NCBI GenBank assembly: GCA_907165135.1
Contig: OU015568.1
Coordinates: 16,441,208 to 16,505,207 of the forward strand
DNA length: 64,000 bases
Source: Oikopleura dioica
Lineage: Eukaryota; Animalia; Chordata
Reading direction: 5' to 3'
Below are positions 60,828 through 64,000 of the stretch, in pieces. A model generated the notes under the pieces. The model did no database searches, was not told the origin of the DNA, and saw only the letters and a list, made by a program, of their open reading frames with translations. Made by a program: the position numbers and the translations under genes. Every line of letters starts with the position of its first letter. Position 1 is the stretch's first letter.

Positions 60828-61090
60828 TGGCGGGCGGTCCCGTTCGAAATCGGTTTTTGGGCCCATTTTTCGAACGGCGTTCGAAATTTCCGAAAAATCT
60901 TGACCTAAGAATGAGCTTAAATCAATGTCATCGTGTAAGTAGATGAAGTTGACATCATTATGAAGGAGTTTTCTTACAAATCAGGCGCGGAGCGCATACG
61001 AGCTCATTTTTATAAGCAATTTCAGAAATTTTTCGAACGGCGTTCGAAAAATCTCGAACGGCGTTCGAAATTTCGAACGTAGCCGCCCTA
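60828..61090. mobile_element. MITE-like element with repeated TTCGAACGGCGTTCGAA palindromes
   Basis: Inverted termini GGGCGG..CGTTCGAAA / TTTCGAACG..CCGCCC; the palindrome occurs three times. Confidence 0.55.
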
Positions 61091-62614
61091 CACCCATTCC
61101 TTCTTAGACGACCCGTTCTCAGGCAAGAAAATTTCATATATTATTTTTGAAATCAAGAGATAGCAACTCAATTTTATCATATAATCAGATACATTTTCTA
61201 AATAAATTGGGAGTCGATTTTCAAATGGAAGCGATACAACCGCAAATATAATATCAAAGAAAGAGAAAAGGAGGAAGAATATTAATGATGTTTTCTGAGA
61301 AGATTTGCGTATTTCATCCAGCCCTTGCTCGGTTTTTTTCAAATCATCGTGGTGTTTATATGCATTTTCCAAAAACTTGAGGAATTTTTTATACGAATTT
61401 TCTTTGAAAGCATTTTTAAATTTTTGCTTAAAATGATCTTCACAAAAAACAGTGATACGCTCAACAAAAAATTGTTCTTTTTCGAAGCACTTTTTCAAAT
61501 CTAAAAATTCTGGAAAAAATTTAATGTTTTTTAAAATATTATTTCCATAAGTGAGCAAAATCACATCACTAGAGAAAGACATGATATTCCATCTATAATT
61601 AAGAAAATATGCTAACTTGAAAAGATGAAATCCAAGCAAGGGAGGTAAAGCACTTGACACGAAAGTATCTAAGTCTGGTTCAGATACGAAAACAATCGAA
61701 AAAAAATTAGTATTATTGATGATTTCCTCAAAAATTATCTCATGACAGATCCCTATTGGATAAATTTGCTCCTCTATACAGTGATAAACCTTTGTTTCTT
61801 TAAGTAAACATTTGATCTGCTGTTCTGTTGTTTCTCCAAGGCAGCAATCAAATACTTCGCGCAGGAGACCAATTATTTCTTTCTCATTGATTAAATTTCG
61901 CGGGCCGTTGCCATTACCGAAGTATTTATTGACTGGATCCTCTGGATCTGCTACAGCTGACCAAAGCATTATCATCGCATCGAGAAGACAAGGAAAAGAC
62001 TTTTCCATAAACTCGGTAAAAATCGTTCCATTTCTTATTTTTGATTTTGTTTTGAAAAGAACCGGAAAATGGGGATAATCAGCAAAATGAACATGTGAGT
62101 TTCTTAGAAAAATCATGAGCGATAAGAGAGTTCTATCAAACTGATTCATCCGATTCTTAATATAATTAATAATACTTCCTTAAATAATACGAAACCTTAT
62201 AATTGTCTGATAGGCCCACAAAAACCTTAATAACTTTGGATTTTTTCCAGTCCTTTTCATTTTTTGTTGCTCTTTCCACAACATAAAAAGAAAAATTCTC
62301 GTTTGAGAAAAGAGATCCCAGGATTAGCATGTTGATAGCCATTTGACGTTCTTTCGGATCCGTTATGTGTTTTTCCCGATTCCGTGTCTCATATACTCGT
62401 TTTTCTGGATTTTTATTGTCCTTTTTATTCTTGTCGTAGTGGATAAAAGATCGTATATTTGATTGAAAGTCTCCAACGCAGCTCATTGCACACATTGCTA
62501 TAATGTTGTCGATGCAATCTTCCTTTGATTTTTCAAAATTATCCTCAAATAAATTTATACTCTTTTCACTTGCTTAAAGCTTACATTGAATTTTTTACGA
62601 AATTCTGAATCCAT
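61088..62614 (-). CDS. Orphan ~490-aa protein with two C-terminal hydrophobic segments
   Basis: MDSEFRKKFN, a ~46-nt GT-AG intron, DNFEKSKEDCIDNIIAMCAMSC..SDNYK, a ~45-nt GT-AG intron, then NRMNQFDRTLL... This joins ORFs 62495-62166 and 62149-61088. Confidence 0.7.
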
Positions 62615-62864
62615 TTTACGCGTGTCTTTCTCGAATAAGAATTGCAACTCTATTTGACTTGCCGTATTCGAGCAGAAGAATTAGTAGACTTATGTTTACG
62701 CTGACCAAATACAATACAAATACGACAGTCAAAGACCTTGAAAATTGACTAATTTTCCAACGGAAATTTCAACAGTGAAAAATTTTTGTTGATGGAAATA
62801 AAAGAAATCGAAAATTGTTTTGTAAAAATATACATTTATTCATTCATAAAATAAAGTAACAGTA

Positions 62865-63424
62865 TCAAAAATACAGAAGAATCATATTTTCAAAATCATA
62901 AGGGATGAATCTTTTGGGGAGTGGCAGGGCGGAAGAAGCTGAGAAGCCGACCAGGATGGAGAAGGTTGGAGGAATCGTAGCCAGAATCCCCGTTGCTAGA
63001 AAAATTCGATTATCACAAGATTAACCCGTTACGGCGCAGAGCAGCGCCCATTAGCGAAATATTTCGCCGCAGCGAGACAACCCGGTTAGCGCGAATTTAT
63101 ACAAAGCTGTAAGATGGAAGCTGATATTTATTCTCTACACGTCAGAGCATAGAAGTCAGTAGAAGTACTGTAATGGCATTTTAAAACTAGGAAGAACGTG
63201 TGTTAACCCGCTAGGAGATGTTATTTTGAAGATAAAAGGATGTCCCGCTAAAGGGGTTAAATAAAACAAGCGCGCGAACGAGGTTAAAAAAGAAAGATAA
63301 AAAAGAGGGTTTCAGTTTCGAGGAAAAATATACCTTGGCGGTTTCCAACGGGGAGATCGGCGACGACGCCTTCGATGACGGGATCGACCCGCTCGAAGGG
63401 CGAATAGATTAATTGGAAGGCCAT
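62865..63424 (-). CDS. Possible small two-exon gene
   Basis: MAFQLIYSPFERVDPVIEGVVADLPVGNRQ with a GT donor, joined in phase to an AG-bounded segment at ~62990-62865. No known domain. Confidence 0.3.
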
Positions 63425-64000
63425 TGTTGATTGTTTCGTTGTTGGATTCAGCGTTGTCTTCCTGGTCGGCTTCTTCGGGGTTCGTTTCAATCTTGCTTTT
63501 AGGCTTTTCAATATATTCATCTTTTTATCAAGAATCAATAGATATTCCCAAAATTGCTTACTAAAGATCGAGTTTTCTTTGTCCTAAATTGTCGGTAAAA
63601 TATTCACTGTTGATCCCTAAATTGTCGATTTTCGGATGAGCTTTAGTTTGGCAGGGATTTGATTGGCCAATCGTGACTCGACAATTTAGGGCTCCATTTG
63701 GATGATTTATCAACAATTTAGGACAGAAATTCGTCGATCTTTAGCAAGCAATTTTGACTAAAGACTTGCTGTTTTGACGAAAGGAATAAGGGTGTCTTCA
63801 AGAGTGCGTCAACGTGGTAAAGTGTTAAATTTCAAGCCCATCCCTTTTTCACCGCTTTTCGCTTCGACGGAATGAACGGTTTTTGCTTGATCGGTTCTTT
63901 GGGCGGAGGCGGGCGATTTCCCTAAAAGTGAAATAATTTGACGCAAAATGCCAATTAACTCGATTAAATTGGGACAAGGGGATTAGGTCAATGCGCGCGT

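Noticed and set aside
61088-62495. Intronless viral or horizontally acquired ORFs
   Set aside because: The ORFs join through ~45-nt GT-AG introns into one host-type gene, and no viral hallmark is visible.
1-64000. Autonomous transposase, reverse transcriptase or rRNA genes
   Set aside because: No DDE, RT or HUH motifs in any long ORF and no rRNA-like sequence seen; all elements here appear non-autonomous.

Overview
This is eukaryotic (animal) genomic DNA, not prokaryotic, so most ORF-track entries are exon fragments or noise. The gene density, many 35-70 nt introns, GA/GC/GG-AG splice donors and chordate-like proteins suggest a larvacean tunicate such as Oikopleura (inference, not confirmed). 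Genes rebuilt by manual splicing, in order: an ankyrin-RMT2-like arginine methyltransferase (5' part only); two head-to-head TM/coiled-coil genes; a CM1 (centrosomin motif 1) gene with a C-terminal TM; RABEPK with a RING gene nested in one intron; a kinase-less Mad3/BubR1; an RS-rich gene possibly fused to an HPF1-like gene whose catalytic and PARP-binding residues look substituted; a second RING gene; a 22-kb EAG (KCNH1/5-type) K+ channel with antisense nested genes; a talin-head-only FERM gene; tRNA-Phe(GAA); and orphan genes. Introns and intergenic DNA carry many non-autonomous DNA transposons. These include a ~15-copy MITE family built from 3-nt-loop hairpins, a nested TA-element/hAT/inverted-minisatellite structure (45.9-48.5 kb) and a 2.6-kb near-spacerless palindrome (57.8-60.4 kb). 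All protein comparisons are by-eye alignments to remembered family motifs; no search was run.
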